A stretch of 64,000 nt of DNA from Amoebidium appalachense (lineage: Eukaryota > Protista > Ichthyosporea), in the NCBI GenBank assembly GCA_963693365.1, contig CAVNZM010000006.1:8869355-8933354 (forward strand). Reading direction: 5' to 3'. This document shows positions 1 to 13,251 of this stretch, piece by piece. The notes under the pieces were generated by a model. The model had not been told where the DNA came from. It ran no database searches and saw only the letters and a program-made list of their open reading frames with translations. The number at the start of each line of letters is the position of its first letter. Within the stretch, counting starts at the first letter, position 1. Made by a program: the position numbers and the translations under genes.

Positions 1-208
1 AATCCAAGAGAGCACATGCATATGTCTGCACGGGAGGCATCGTGTCTGTGATCACATGAAACGGTGTGGCCACAACTGTATTCTGTTTTGGTCTGTTGCT
101 CCAATGTCTGAATGCGGTGAGGATGCACAAGTACAACATACATTTCTCAAGCTTGTTTCTTTTCGGCTCCTCTAGCTCCGCAACACTATAGAATTCTAGC
201 ATGCAACC

Positions 209-856
209 CACAGTGGGGCTGTCCTCACTGCGCCGATGGACTGGTTTCGGATTGACAGTCCATCGGAGCTCCGATTGACCACACTCGACCATATTTGGGG
301 TTTTCACAAGTCCATCCGATCGGACCGTCCAGATTGGTCACGGATTGACGGCAACGCTGGCGCTGCATTCAACATATTTTCTTTTGCTAGCATATATATA
401 CTCTATAATATTTGTACATTATTTCTAATTTAAAGAGAATGAGGTACTGTAGATGACATGCCACACGTCCAAAAATAAGTAAAACTAATTATTATGCAAG
501 TATCTACGGGTTGCCAACTCTAGGATGCCTAACGCGCGGTCCATTTTTGGCTATTTTCTTTGCAATTAGTTAATTGGTTAGTGCATATAGACTAATTTAG
601 TAAAGTACGGAATGATTGGTTCTATTTTGCGCTGAACGTCAATCCGGGCTCGGATTGAAACGCCGATGGACTGGAAGTTAATCCGGGAGTCAATCCGAAT
701 TCGGATTGACTTCGGATTGACTGGGTTCGGCCAAATTTGGCAAGCGCAGTCCATCGGACTCAGTGTGGACGCCAGATCGATTGGACTCCGATCCAAATTA
801 GGCAATTTTGGTCAATCCGGAGCGTCAATCGGCGCAGTGTGGACAGCCCCACTATG
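209..856. mobile_element. Non-autonomous DNA transposon (MITE-like) with ~34-bp terminal inverted repeats
   Basis: Left end CACAGTGGGGCTGTCCTCACTGCGCCGATGGAC (209-); right end reverse complement CATAGTGGGGCTGTCCACACTGCGCCGATTGAC (-856). Many subterminal CGGATTGAC/GTCAATCCG and GATGGACTG motifs flank an AT-rich core. No credible ORF and no clear target-site duplication. Confidence 0.75.
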
Positions 857-1064
857 CCCCCCCCCCCCCCCCCCCCCCTCTTCCCCAACACAAACACACA
901 CACACCTGTTTTGTCTTTTGATATCTCCACTTCCATATCTTCAACCTCTAATGCATACATTTCCGCTCCCCCCCCCTCCCCCCCCCCCCCCCCCAAACAC
1001 ACACACACACACACACCGCCACCCCTCTCTCCGCTCCCATACGCACACACACGTGCACACACAG

Positions 1065-1713
1065 GTGGTTTCTCCGCAACGAGCATGACCAGTGCGTTCC
1101 TGTCGAAGGAACGTGCCCGTCGTGCCGCAACAAGATGCTCTGGGGGGACCTGGTCAACAGATACCACGTTTTGAGAAACGACACTACACGACCCAAAAAC
1201 CCCCGCCGTCATACATCGCAAGCAGCAAACAACCCACACGAACACGAAATTACGGAAGGTATATCATTGCAAAACCAGAATGTTGGTTTGGGCCATGTCA
1301 GTTCGGAAGACGATGAAGGGATGGCACAAACCAGAAAGCCGGCCAAGGGCCGAAGGAAACACGCACAGAGGATTACAGACAGTTCGGAGGACGAAGAAAA
1401 CACGTACACGGCACATGTATCCCGAAACCAAGCAAGAGATAAGGGGAAAGAGCCGTTACGTTTTGCACCACCGCAACGTAGAGAGCCCCTGGGAGTAAGG
1501 CCCCAACAGGAAGTGAGCGATGGGCGGGCGGAGGAGGTACTGGCGGGATGCCTGGGCGGGCTGACTCTGTCGACACGGCCTGGACCGTCACAGGTGGGTG
1601 CAAAGTCACTGTTTGCACTGATGCCTCGTGCATTACTGATGAGTACAACTGCTTTGGCTCACATACCGTGTCTTTCTTCCCTCAATCTCTCTACACCCCT
1701 CCTCCTCCTCCTC

Positions 1714-1785
<72 letters not shown>

Positions 1786-2681
1786 CCCCGAGTATGGGCT
1801 CCGCTTATTATGCGTACTCTTTTTTGTATGGTTTGCACTCTGCATCGTGTTGTCTGTTGTTCATGTGTATTTCGTACTTTAAGACGCATTCAAACCCCCC
1901 CACCCACCCAGCCACCACCCCCCCATTCCATACCCCCTTTTTGCCTTGGTCCGAAAGAGACAAAATAGGACAGATAACAAGAGGGTAGGATTTGCGGGTT
2001 TGGGGGGGAGGAGGGGGGGGGAGGGGCACAGAAAAAGTTAAGCAATTAAACTGCGCAGCTAAACCGAAACCCCCTTTTCCCTCCCCCTCACATTCTAGCG
2101 ACTGGTTTTTGACCCATTACCATAAAAGAAAAGTCGAGTACAAAAGTGACAGTCTTAGAACGCGATCCCAACGGATTGTGCTTGTGCACACATTATTGGA
2201 GGGAGGAAGAAGGGAGGGGGGGGGGGGGGGGGGTTGAGTTGTAAGCAAGCATTTTCACCTCAGTATTGGGAGTCTTGTGTTAGCTGCAGCCGAATCTGTT
2301 AAAACTGTAAGCCCCCTGACCATTGAGTTCGTGTACTGACCCTGTGCCATGCAGGTTGTGGTGATATCCGATGATGATGACGAGGATGATAACGTAGGTG
2401 CCCCGTACAAATCCCTCTCTTTCTGTTTTGGCACTCCCATGGATTCTTTCCCTCCTTCCCTCATTCCCTCATTCCCTTCCTTCCCTCATTCCCTTCTTCC
2501 CTCCTCCCTCCCCCCTCCCCCCCCCCCCCCCCCCCCCCCCCCAAACACACACACACACACACATAATTCCTCCTCACCCACTCACTCCCTCCACCATTTC
2601 TCGCTTTTCCTTAATTTTCAATTTATCTGCCTCTCTGGGGCACACTGCATACTATTATACATCCTCTCTTCCTCCCCCTCC

Positions 2682-2713
<32 letters not shown>

Positions 2714-3325
2714 ACCCCCTCCCCCCCCCGGGCACACAAATACATACGTCATCACACCACCTACCCACTTGCACCCATTCACTGCTCAGGCGAATGACCT
2801 GCTTTCTCCTTACACATTCTGTCTACCAGCACAAACTTTTGCTGTAGTCTCTCCGTGGCTGTGCAGGGCCTTTATTAAAGCCTACTCCTCCCCCTAATCC
2901 CCTCCCCTCCTCCTCCTCCCCCCGGATTGAGCTTTTGCTCTAGTGAAATCCATAGGCAGGTATGTATCTGCATTGTGAATGTGCACGATTTGGGTGGCCC
3001 CTTCCCCATATCCAAGAAACAAAAGTAAAGAGAAAACCAGACAGAGGAAAAACATTTGCATGCATGGCAAGATGAATCGCTGTTCCAGAGGACCGTCTCA
3101 GATCGTGTGCACATGGCAAAGGGTAGTGTTTGTTATAAAGAAGCATCTAACCTTCCCTCCCCCCTCCCCCCCCCCCCCCCCTCCCCTCCCCTCCCCCTCC
3201 TCCTCCTCCTTCTCCTCCCCACACAAACACACACACACACACACACACACACTTTGCAGCATTATGTGCCACTCCTTGACCGGCTGCTAGCGTCACGGCT
3301 GGATGGAGACGCTGCGCCTTGGTAG
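1065..3325 (+). CDS. SLX1: 3' exons of an SLX1-like structure-specific endonuclease (C-terminal zinc finger and low-complexity tail); 5' part probably lies upstream of the window
   Basis: Exon 1065-1593 (cacag acceptor, CAG|gtgggt donor) reads WFLRNEHDQCVPVEGTCPSCRNKMLWGDLVNRY, matching the SLX1 FL..PxxGxCPxC..LxWGDL motif. Probable further exons are 2355-2393 (VVVISDDDDEDDN) and ~3260-3325 (HYVPLLDRLL..W*). The downstream exons are uncertain. Confidence 0.6.
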
Positions 3326-5981
3326 GCTGCCAGTATGTAATGAGTATAAAGAGGCAGCCAGTGCTTCGACAGGGCATACATATGCATACAGTGTAGCAGC
3401 ATAAAGCAAAAGAGAGAACGAAGGCACCGACACGACGACTGTGGCACATGTACACACACACACACACACACACACCGTGGTAAACATGTATACCCAGATG
3501 CGTGTACAAACATGTAGTGTACTCCTGTGCTCCCGAGGAGCGTGGGGGAGGGTAGTGTGTGCACATGGGGGGCGGGGGGAGGGGGGAATGTGGGGGGAAC
3601 GGCAATACTCATCACGAGAATTCTACATAAGTTTGGTAAGTCTTGGTCAAAACAAAGAAGATTTCGAATGATGGCATAAAAATCGTGCTGTGTGAAAACT
3701 TCGTCTGTAACTTACAGTGGGGGACTCTGATCACGGTGAATGCTAAGTTGCAAACACTGTCATGATGAATCCTTTGGTGCAACCGGTACCCACCATGCGG
3801 GTGAAGAACCATACGATAATGAAACAGTGAAAGCTGGTCAGGTGCATTCTGGAAACTTTCGAACACGTTCGACCGTATTTCCATGGCCACGTGCACGCCG
3901 TACGGCTTTTAAATTAGGCTCTACACCCACACATGTGCACACACACCCGAGGCATAGGCGCCTACTCTAACCCTCCTCGCCACCAGCTAGGGGCATCAAG
4001 TATCGATTGCCCCAGGTGGACTATTAGCGCTACTTCACAATCTCGCACCAAATTTTCAAATGCGCATACCATTCAAAGTGTACTACTGAACTCAAGCTGC
4101 CGCGGCATGAGAGCGCCTTCGTGCAGGTTTCACAGTAAGTGTTTCTCTTGGGCATCCTGGGGTCAATAGGTTCCATATACATGATCACTTTGCTTGCAAC
4201 AAATGTCCACGATCACTGCGGGCAGCTTTGCGTGCACGTGGTGGTAAGGGCCATGGACACAAAGTTGCAACCTTATGGACCCATCGGACCGGTCGATCCT
4301 GATGTTTTTTTTTTTGGTTTTTGGTAGAAGTTGCTGTTCTTACGTTGTAGTGCCGCGTAGTAGTAAAAGCTAATGCTGTTATGAGCGCTACCCATGCACT
4401 TGAACTTGAAGAGACAAAACTTTCACATGTACAGAGGGCTTGCTTACAACCGTTGTACAGGGTGGTAAAAAACACGTGGGATGCCACCGCCAGATGGCTC
4501 AGTCAGCAGCCAATCATGTGTAGGAACTCAAGCCCCGTTGGGTTTGGGGAGATTTCCTTACAATGGAAAACTAGGGTTTTTATCACGCTGCGGAGTATTT
4601 CCCTATTTTAAGAAAGTAAAATTATTGCAAGAGCTTTAATATTCTTACATGTATTAGAAATGCAACTTTATTGTTGACTTTTGAGCTTGGAAGCTTGGAA
4701 CGAAGGACTAAAAAGTAACCCTTTGATTCTCATCCGCAGCAGCAATCTGTGGTTTAGGAGATTCAATCGACCCATTTTGAGGTTTTATTTGTTTGTACCA
4801 AGTTCGGTCAGCTCAAGTTGTCAACTTGATAGAGCCTGCACCTGTAACCATAAGGTATTCCCAGAATGCATAATATTAGCTCTTTTTTTCTTAGCTTGCG
4901 GTGCATAATTTCAAGGATACTTATTAGGCGCAACGCTGCCTTTGCCGGGGGCGGGAGTTTCTAAAAATATGGCACTAAAATACCCTCTTCCTATTAGCTT
5001 CTTATCACTTGATCATCAGGGCATAGCGTTTACGGATGCCGACCTCCCCAAGATCAAAATGATGTACAACTTTATATATGTATACATTACATAGAATCAA
5101 TTGAATATAATTATATATGCAATAATAAACGCAGCATTCTTTATGCTGTCTCGCGAAAAAAAACCAGATTATTCAATAAACAGGTAAGCCATCAATGCTG
5201 GAATTTGGTATGCGGCAAGATCACAGGGTTCGAAATTTGCCAAGTCAGTGAGTCAGTGACGGCTTGAAGCAAGGCCTCCTACAATTGGCTTGGAAGCCTT
5301 CCACAGTCCAGGGCACTCACAATAGCCCAGATGTAACAGGAGTTAGACCGAACTGTAATGCTTTTGGGAATGTGCTGTTTATTCTCTTAACACCTTTCAG
5401 GCACCACGTACGCCCTTTGGGCAGGTTACACATAGCCATATGCACTCAAGCGATCTACGTCTAGATAGCCTAAAGTGGGACAGTTTAGCACCACCTGGAA
5501 GGGAAAAACGAAAGGCTTGTCACACCTGTTTCTGAGCTCAGAATATATTCTCAAAAAGCCCAGCTGGGTTAGACCTGCTAGCTACACATCGTTCGTGGCT
5601 CCTTTGCTCAGGTGAGAATCTCTTGGGGCTGCTATTTGGAAATATGGAGCATAAGTTGAAACGTGCTGTTCTCCGTTTTGTTTCGGTGCTGGATTCTTTC
5701 CCTTATAGTCAACTTTGTCTTTCAAAGTTGTTTCACCAGCTGCTTGGTGACCCGTAGGCATGCAGGTTAGTTCGTGTGGAGACGAGAACTTCTTGAGACG
5801 AAACATTTGCTGTCTCAGATGCTGGCGTTATGCTAACATGTCTTTCTTTGTTGCAGACGTACTTTGGTCGAACACTACCCTTGCTGTATTCCGGCACCTA
5901 TTGTAGGTTCACCTCTGACGGGACGAATTCCGTTTGTGTCTGCAGCAACCGGACAGTGTTTTTGTTGACGCTCACGGACCA

Positions 5982-7199
5982 ATGGGGTTTATCGGCGAAA
6001 CATTGAAACCTGTGAACAGAGGTGGAACATCGATGGGGCTTCCTGGTACGCGCTACTACGGCAAACTGCTTGTCGTTATAGCTGGGTTTTTGGCCCTTCA
6101 CTTTTTCCTCGTGACTATAAACCCACCAGAATGTACTGTCTCGGTGAGGGAGTCCTCCGCGCCGTCGTATCCTCTACACCGAAATGACGATGATGTAAGG
6201 TTAGACAACCAACCCCAGGTGACCGGAAGATTAGTGGGAAGCGGGGCACCGGCACCAATATGGCGGCCACGTGTGCGCATAGCATATCTAGTGAGTGCGC
6301 AGGATGAAAACACCATTCGGGGGGTGGAGGAGCAGATAAGATTACTTTACCATCCGGATCACACGTTCGTTGTACACCTGGATAAGAAGACGAAGAGCGA
6401 ACTAGCACAGGCGTTCTGGGACCAATACGGGAAGGTTTCAAACGTTCACCGCATAGATGCGATAGATGTTAAATGGGCTGGATATTCGATTGTGCAGATG
6501 CATATGGCGCAACTGCGCAAGGCCCAGCAAATTGGAAAATATGATGTGGCGATAAACATATGCGGGGCGACGGTTCCGATTAAGAGCAACCGGGCTATAG
6601 ACCAGTATTTGTGGGACAATGTTGCCGGGCCAAACGGGTCGAGTCTCGTTTCTTTCGAATCGACGGTGCACGCGTGCCACCCCAACGCACCCCACAACCA
6701 CGTGTGCAGGCGGTCGGGCGGAGGCGAACCGGACGAGCAGTGCATAGGGAGAGACTGTGCACAGGTGAAAAACACCCCCGGGCATAGGCCGTGGTATAAG
6801 GGGTGGGCGTGGTTTGCTATCAAGCCCGATTTTGTGCAGTATGCCCTCGACAGCGCAGAGGCGCTCGAGTGGCAGAAATTTTTCCAGGGGGGGTTTATCA
6901 TGTCGGATGAAAGTTACTTCCAAACGGTGTTTTTCTACTCGAAATACTTTAAGAAATATGACGAGCAGGATGTGTGGAAAACGAACCCCATGTATGTCGA
7001 CTGGCGGTCAAACTGCCTCACACACCGAAATAAGCGGCCGGTCGTATCCCCGTGTTATCTCGGAATTAACGACTTTGGGCAGCTAAGAATAGCCCCGCAC
7101 ATTTTTGCGAGGAAAATTTCATGGGACGACCAGTTGATAACGTGGCTGAAGGAACTGAATAATGACCCGTTGGCGCCGATTGTGCCCGTGCCGATTTAA
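5982..7199 (+). CDS. Glycosyltransferase family 14 (core-2/I-branching GlcNAc transferase / xylosyltransferase-like), type II membrane protein, intronless
   Basis: Uninterrupted ~400-aa ORF with an N-terminal TM segment (LLVVIAGFLALHFFLV) and GT14-like motifs RIAYLVS, LYHPDHTFVVHLDKK, VKWAGYSIV, WYKGWAWF, SDESYFQT, YVDW and FARK. Start codon uncertain (first ATG near 5982 or the next near 6033). Confidence 0.85.
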   Translation: MGFIGETLKPVNRGGTSMGLPGTRYYGKLLVVIAGFLALHFFLVTINPPECTVSVRESSAPSYPLHRNDDDVRLDNQPQVTGRLVGSGAPAPIWRPRVRIAYLVSAQDENTIRGVEEQIRLLYHPDHTFVVHLDKKTKSELAQAFWDQYGKVSNVHRIDAIDVKWAGYSIVQMHMAQLRKAQQIGKYDVAINICGATVPIKSNRAIDQYLWDNVAGPNGSSLVSFESTVHACHPNAPHNHVCRRSGGGEPDEQCIGRDCAQVKNTPGHRPWYKGWAWFAIKPDFVQYALDSAEALEWQKFFQGGFIMSDESYFQTVFFYSKYFKKYDEQDVWKTNPMYVDWRSNCLTHRNKRPVVSPCYLGINDFGQLRIAPHIFARKISWDDQLITWLKELNNDPLAPIVPVPI

Positions 7200-8055
7200 C
7201 TCGTAAGTTTCTAAAATTGCATGTATTTTAATGTGAATAGATGGATAACGGGTAGATATACACGTGGGACATGTATGAACAGGGAGCATTAAATCAGTTG
7301 ATTCTGGTATGCTATGTAACCTGCCCTAACAACTCTGCACTCGCACTTGTAGCTGTGGTGTGGAGTAAACTTTTGGTAAAGGGTAATGATGGTGTGCTTA
7401 TGCGAGGTGGGGAAGGGGGAGGGGGGGGGGTTGGTTATGGCTGATAATCGTTGATCTATTCGCCTTTTTTTGCTGTCTGTTGAGGGGGAAGGTGGCGGGA
7501 GGAGGCGGGGTGTGTGTGTGGGGGGGGGGGGGGGGGGGGGGGGGGTTGTGGGAGATTGAAAGGTGTTTCCTGCTTGAACGTGAATGCAGGTAGACATCTG
7601 TGAGTCAATTCATTTCAGTCGTTTGTGTGTTTTTCTTTTTGGTTGTTTTGATTGTTTTCGAAGACGAACTGTTTTTAGTATGTAGGTACTGGTGCCATAG
7701 ACGATTTGATAGTGTATATATTTATATGACTAAGTTATTTTTTATAGTGAATTTTATTTTGCATTATGATCTACAATGCTATATGTTTCTTTTTTGCAGA
7801 TGAGTAAAAGTCATGCCAGTGATAAACGCACCATCTGAGATGTTGCCTTTTTTATTTTACTTGAACTAAGCCTGCTAACCCTACCTTCCCCCTCCCCCCT
7901 CCCCTTCCTTCCCTCCTGCCCGGTGTTGCTTTGTACCTGCTGCCCCCCTCACCCTCCTCCCCCCCTTCTTTCTATCTTCAAGTCAAAGACACTTCCCTCT
8001 CATATGTGCCTCCCTGCCTCCCCTCCTTTCGCCTCACGCACTCGGTGACCCCCCC

Positions 8056-8086
<31 letters not shown>

Positions 8087-8892
8087 ACACACTCCTTCCC
8101 CCTCTCCCTCTGTCCATACAGAAAGAATGGTGTATTTGCATCATTGGATGCAACCTAGCCGTGTGTCTACAAACTGCTGAATGCACACACCCGTGTATTT
8201 AACAAAAATAGCCGTCCACTGAAATAATAACTCTCTTTGCCCTTTGCCCTTTGCCCTTCCCCCCCCCCCCCCCCCCCCCCCTTCCTCCTCCGCCCCTCCC
8301 CGCCAAAACACACGCGCACACACACACACACACCCACACACCCACACACACACACACACACACACACGCGCATTTGAGATAATATAGGGGAAAAATAAAA
8401 ATAAATCAGTATAACAGAAAGTCCCGCAACAGAAATCCTTTTGGTATTTTGCACCCAAGCACACACGCATGGACAGACGTGCACTTGTATACATTTTACA
8501 TCTCAGTAGCCTATCGTACACACATGTGCATGTATCTATATACACACGTGCATGCATTGCTTGCATACATGAATATTTTATATGCAGCACCAGAGACTCA
8601 ATGTGTACCCATAAACGACAAACTACATTTGAGTAGACAACCTCTCCCCCCCCCCCCCCCCCCCTCCCCCCCTCCCCCCACCACCACCACCACCACCACC
8701 ACCACTACCACCCCCCCCCCCCCCCCCCCCCCCCCCACCTTTCCCCGCACGTGTGCACATACATATACCCACACACAAACACTTTCTCTCTCTCTCTTCC
8801 TCTCTCTCCCCCTTCTCCGACACACATCCCCGGCCCACCCTCTCTCCCTTCGCCCAGCTCCTCCACTCCTCTCCCTTCATCCCACCCCCCCT

Positions 8893-8923
<31 letters not shown>

Positions 8924-9355
8924 CCTCCCCCTGGAGGACCCTCCCCTCCTCTCCCCACAAGCACACACACACACACACATGCACACATTCTCTCGCTCCA
9001 GCCCTCCGTGATTCTTTCTCCCCTCCCTCTCCTTCCCTCCCTCTCCTTCTTCCTCTCTCTCTATGTCTCACTAGCCCTGTTTAGCTTTCTCTCTTTCTCT
9101 CTGCCACCCCCTCCCCCCCCCTCCCTCTCTCCCTCTCTCTCTCCCCCCTCCCCCTCCCTCCCTCCCTCCCTGCCCCTCCCTCCTTTACCCACCTCGCTCT
9201 ACCCCTCACTCCCTCTCTATCTCTTCTCCCCCTCCTTCCGTCCCTCTCATCCTCTCTGCGCTCACACACGCACAAACACCTCTCTCTCTCTCTCTCCCCC
9301 TCTCTCTCCCTCTCTATCTCTCTCAGTCTCTCTCTCTCTCTCTCTCTCTCACTCA

Positions 9356-9390
<35 letters not shown>

Positions 9391-9897
9391 CCTCTCACAC
9401 ACACCCTCTCTCTACCTCTCCCTCCCTCTCTCTCTCTCTCTCTCCCCCCCCCCCCCCCCCCCCCTCCCCCCCCTCCCCCCCCCCCCCCCCCCCCCCCCCC
9501 CGTGTGTATTTGCACGGGCACCCCTCACTTGGCGCAGTAGATTACCCTTCACCCTCCTTTTATATGTTTCGATCCCTAAAGCAATTCTTGGACTACAAGC
9601 ACACATGCACACACACATACATGTACACACAGTCGCACAAATTCATGTGCTGGCGCTGCTTCTAAGAGCTTCATCCCATAAACCGTCGGTAAACTGCATA
9701 CATACGAAAAAGTAACAAAAAAAGGTTTGCTTCTCCCTCCTCCCCCCCCCCCCCCACACACACACACACACTCCCCTCCCCTCCCTGAGCCTTCCCCCCC
9801 CCCCCCCCCCATCCCAAGGTCTTTTTCCAGTGCATACAAACACAATCATAAACATCCACCCCCCTTGAATCCCGGATACTACCGTTGTGCACATGTT

Positions 9898-9945
<48 letters not shown>

Positions 9946-10713
9946 AGGGGGATCGCTCTTTTCCCCCTCTCGCCCCCCTACCCCACATTCCCTCCTCAAA
10001 AAGGCGCCCCTGCAAACACAAACCGTAAAAAGTAAAAGAACTAGTTTGTTTCGTGCCCCTCCAGTCCACCCCTCCCCTCCCCCCCTCCCCCCCCCCCCTC
10101 CCCCCCCCAAACACACACCGCGCGCACACACACACCCACACACACACACCCTCTCCCTCCCTCCCCCCTGTTCCCTCCCTCCCCCCCCCTCCCCCCTTGC
10201 CCATCCCTCTCCCCGTGGCTCTGCATGCCCAATCAGGCTAGCACGCGACACTGCCAGCACGAACGTTGGGCATCTATAGTAATCTGTGTGGTCATCTGAC
10301 ACGGACACTGTGCCAAATATAACTGGATGTGTGATTAGTGAACGTGGCATGGTGCAGCCTGTGCAATCTGCCACACCGTAAATCTTTCCTCGGACAGTTC
10401 GATTCAAGAATGCACTGCGAGTAGGTCAGGCTGCCAGGTGATTTTTCTTTCCCCGAGGGAATGATACATAATGGCCACAGGACAGACCTTTGCATCACTT
10501 TGGGCAACATTGTCAAGGATAACACAACTGTTAAAGACAGGTACGCATGCGGGACACTAGGGTGAAAAAACAACCGGAGAATAATTACAGAGAAGAAGAA
10601 ACCCCTTAGGAAACACACCCCGCAGTGACTGAGAAAAACCACCAAGCTATCAGCAACTGACCATTTTGACACCACCCCCCACCCTCTAAACCGTTTCCCT
10701 CCGTCAAACGAAA

Positions 10714-11414
10714 ATGTTTCTGTCTGCGGCTGTTTTCCTGCTCCTCCTTACCATGTCCATCTTTGCCCGTCCACACGTCCAGCACAACGGTGCCAAAGGG
10801 ATTGAGCTCATGCACACAGTGACAGGACTTGGTGGGGAGGGGCCCCTGGCTGGGCCTGCTCGCAGAGACCTTGGAGGTGACGAGAAACACCAGGTAATGC
10901 ATGTGCGCACAATAACAGTGACAGATGATTGTTCTCCTTTTAGAGGCTTTTTTTCCTGGTTACCCTTTTTCCCGGAATTAAGAAAATGGAGGCATCCAAA
11001 TCAATCCTCTCTGTGCTCCCACATGCATCACAACAGAGTTAAATTTAACGAATCTACCCCCCCTCCCCCCCCCCCCCCCCCAAAAAAAAAAACACCTTCC
11101 CAATTGGATAAAACCACCCAATCCCCCCCCCCCCCCCCCCCCCCCCCTTCCCAAAAAAAAAAAAAAAAAAAAACACCCCCTTCTCCCCTTCGACCCCAAA
11201 TTCTTTCCCCTTTGTATACGGAAAAAAAACGAGAGAGAAAGAAAAGAAAAAGACTGGAAAGAAACCTTCAAAGAGAAGAACGGAAAAAAAGAAAGAAAGA
11301 AAGAAAGAAAGAAACTCTGTGATTGGGTGGAACCACCCCCGAATCCCCCCCCCCCCCCCCCCCCCCCCCTTCAACCCCCCCCCCCCTCCCCCCTCCCCCA
11401 CCCCCCCTTCAACC

Positions 11415-11448
<34 letters not shown>

Positions 11449-11712
11449 ACCCACCCCGAACTCAACTTCTTTCTTCGTCTTTCCAGTGTCTTCTGTAATT
11501 AAATGTATAGTATGGTGTTAGAAGCAACTTGTAGGTTTTCCAGCAACTACAATCGGGTTCCGTTACTTTTGTTTCCGTTTGCCCCTATCCCGGCACTTAA
11601 CTCACGTTTCAAATGATCCCAGGCATACCCCAATGGATATCCTCCTGAAGTGGTGGCCCCACCCGACCGTGTGAGACGTGATGGCAACTATGACGAGAAA
11701 CATCAGGTAGCG

Positions 11713-11755
<43 letters not shown>

Positions 11756-12476
11756 AAAAAAAACAACCAACCAAACAAACAAACAAACAAACAAACAAAC
11801 AAGCAAAAAAAAAAAAAAAAAATGAAAAAAAAAATGAAAAAGGAAGAAAGGGAAAAAAGAATGAGAGCGAAGCACTTGTTTTTAGAAACGAAAAAAAAGC
11901 TGCCGTTTTTGGCATATTCGGGCTTTCCAGCCAGGATTTCTTTTTTTAACATGTGAATGTCTATCAGTAATGCAATAGGGAGGGCGTGGGGAGAAATTCA
12001 TCCACATAGATGGCAGAGAAGGGGCGGTGGGCGGAAGGGGTCCCCGGGGGGGGGGGAGGGGGGGGAGGGGGGGGAGGGGGGGGGGGGGGGGGGGAGGGGG
12101 GGAGGGGGGGGGGGGGGTGAAAGGGTGCTGGGTAGACAGAATTCCTGTAGGCAGTAGCACCAAAAAGTCTCCGCTGTATCGAATGTAGTGTTAAAAAATA
12201 AGGTTGTACCTCAAAGTTTTACAACAATTATTGCAATCGGATTCTGTTCCATCTGTTTCCTTTTGCCCCCGCTCCGGCACGTGATTTATGTTTCATATGA
12301 TTCCAGGCATACCCTAGGCCCAGTGTTCCTTCTAAAGTCGTGGCCCCACCCAACCATGTGAGACGTGATGGCAGCTATGACGAGAAACATGAGGTAGTCC
12401 CCCCCCCCCCCCCCCCCCCCCCCTCCCCCCCCACCCACCCACGTCACCCACCCACCCACCCACCCAACCACCCACC

Positions 12477-12546
<70 letters not shown>

Positions 12547-12555
12547 GTGCGCACG

Positions 12556-12588
<33 letters not shown>

Positions 12589-12692
12589 CCAGACACAATA
12601 CAAAAAAAACCAAAAGAAAATGGTTCACTAAAAGACCTTGGGGTCTTCCTGTCTTACATTGTGCATGCCATGATGCGCGTGTCTGAGGATGG

Positions 12693-12727
<35 letters not shown>

Positions 12728-13220
12728 GTTGAGAGGAGAGGAAGGGGAGGGGGGGGGAAGGGGATGATCATGGGGGTGTTTTTGAGCGAAGGGGGGCAGG
12801 TTGCGGGTAGGCGGCTGCAGGGATTGGGGTAGCGGAAAGGAAATCAGAGAAACATGGATCCACCTACGAAGTCAGTGATGGGCGAGGAACGATCTCAAAT
12901 TTTCACTCACATGTGAACTTATGTTTGTGGGCCAGGCACATCCTACTGGGCTGCCTGTGGTCACGGTGACAGCAGCACAGCATGCACGACGGGATGGCAG
13001 CGGTGACAAAAAGAACAACGTAAATCCTCTCCACCCTTCTCCCTTCCCCCCTTCCCACGCCTCCCTATCTCCCCCCCCCCCCCCCCCCCCCCCCTCCCCT
13101 TCCCCCTTCCCTCCCCTCTCCCCGCCCTCACCCTCCTCCCCCCCCCCCCCCCAAAAAAAAAAAAAAAAAAAAAGCCTCCCCCCCCCCCCCCCCCCCCAGG
13201 AGCATCCCCCCCCCCCTCCC

Positions 13221-13251
<31 letters not shown>

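Noticed and set aside
3600-5900. Complex, repeat-poor stretch with short ORFs
   Set aside because: No recognisable protein motif or consistent exon chain; left unannotated.
7289-10407. Many long ORFs rich in poly-Pro, poly-Gly, HT/CV and LS/RE repeats, here and throughout the window
   Set aside because: They are translations of poly-C/G, (CA)n and (CT)n microsatellites with no domain content.
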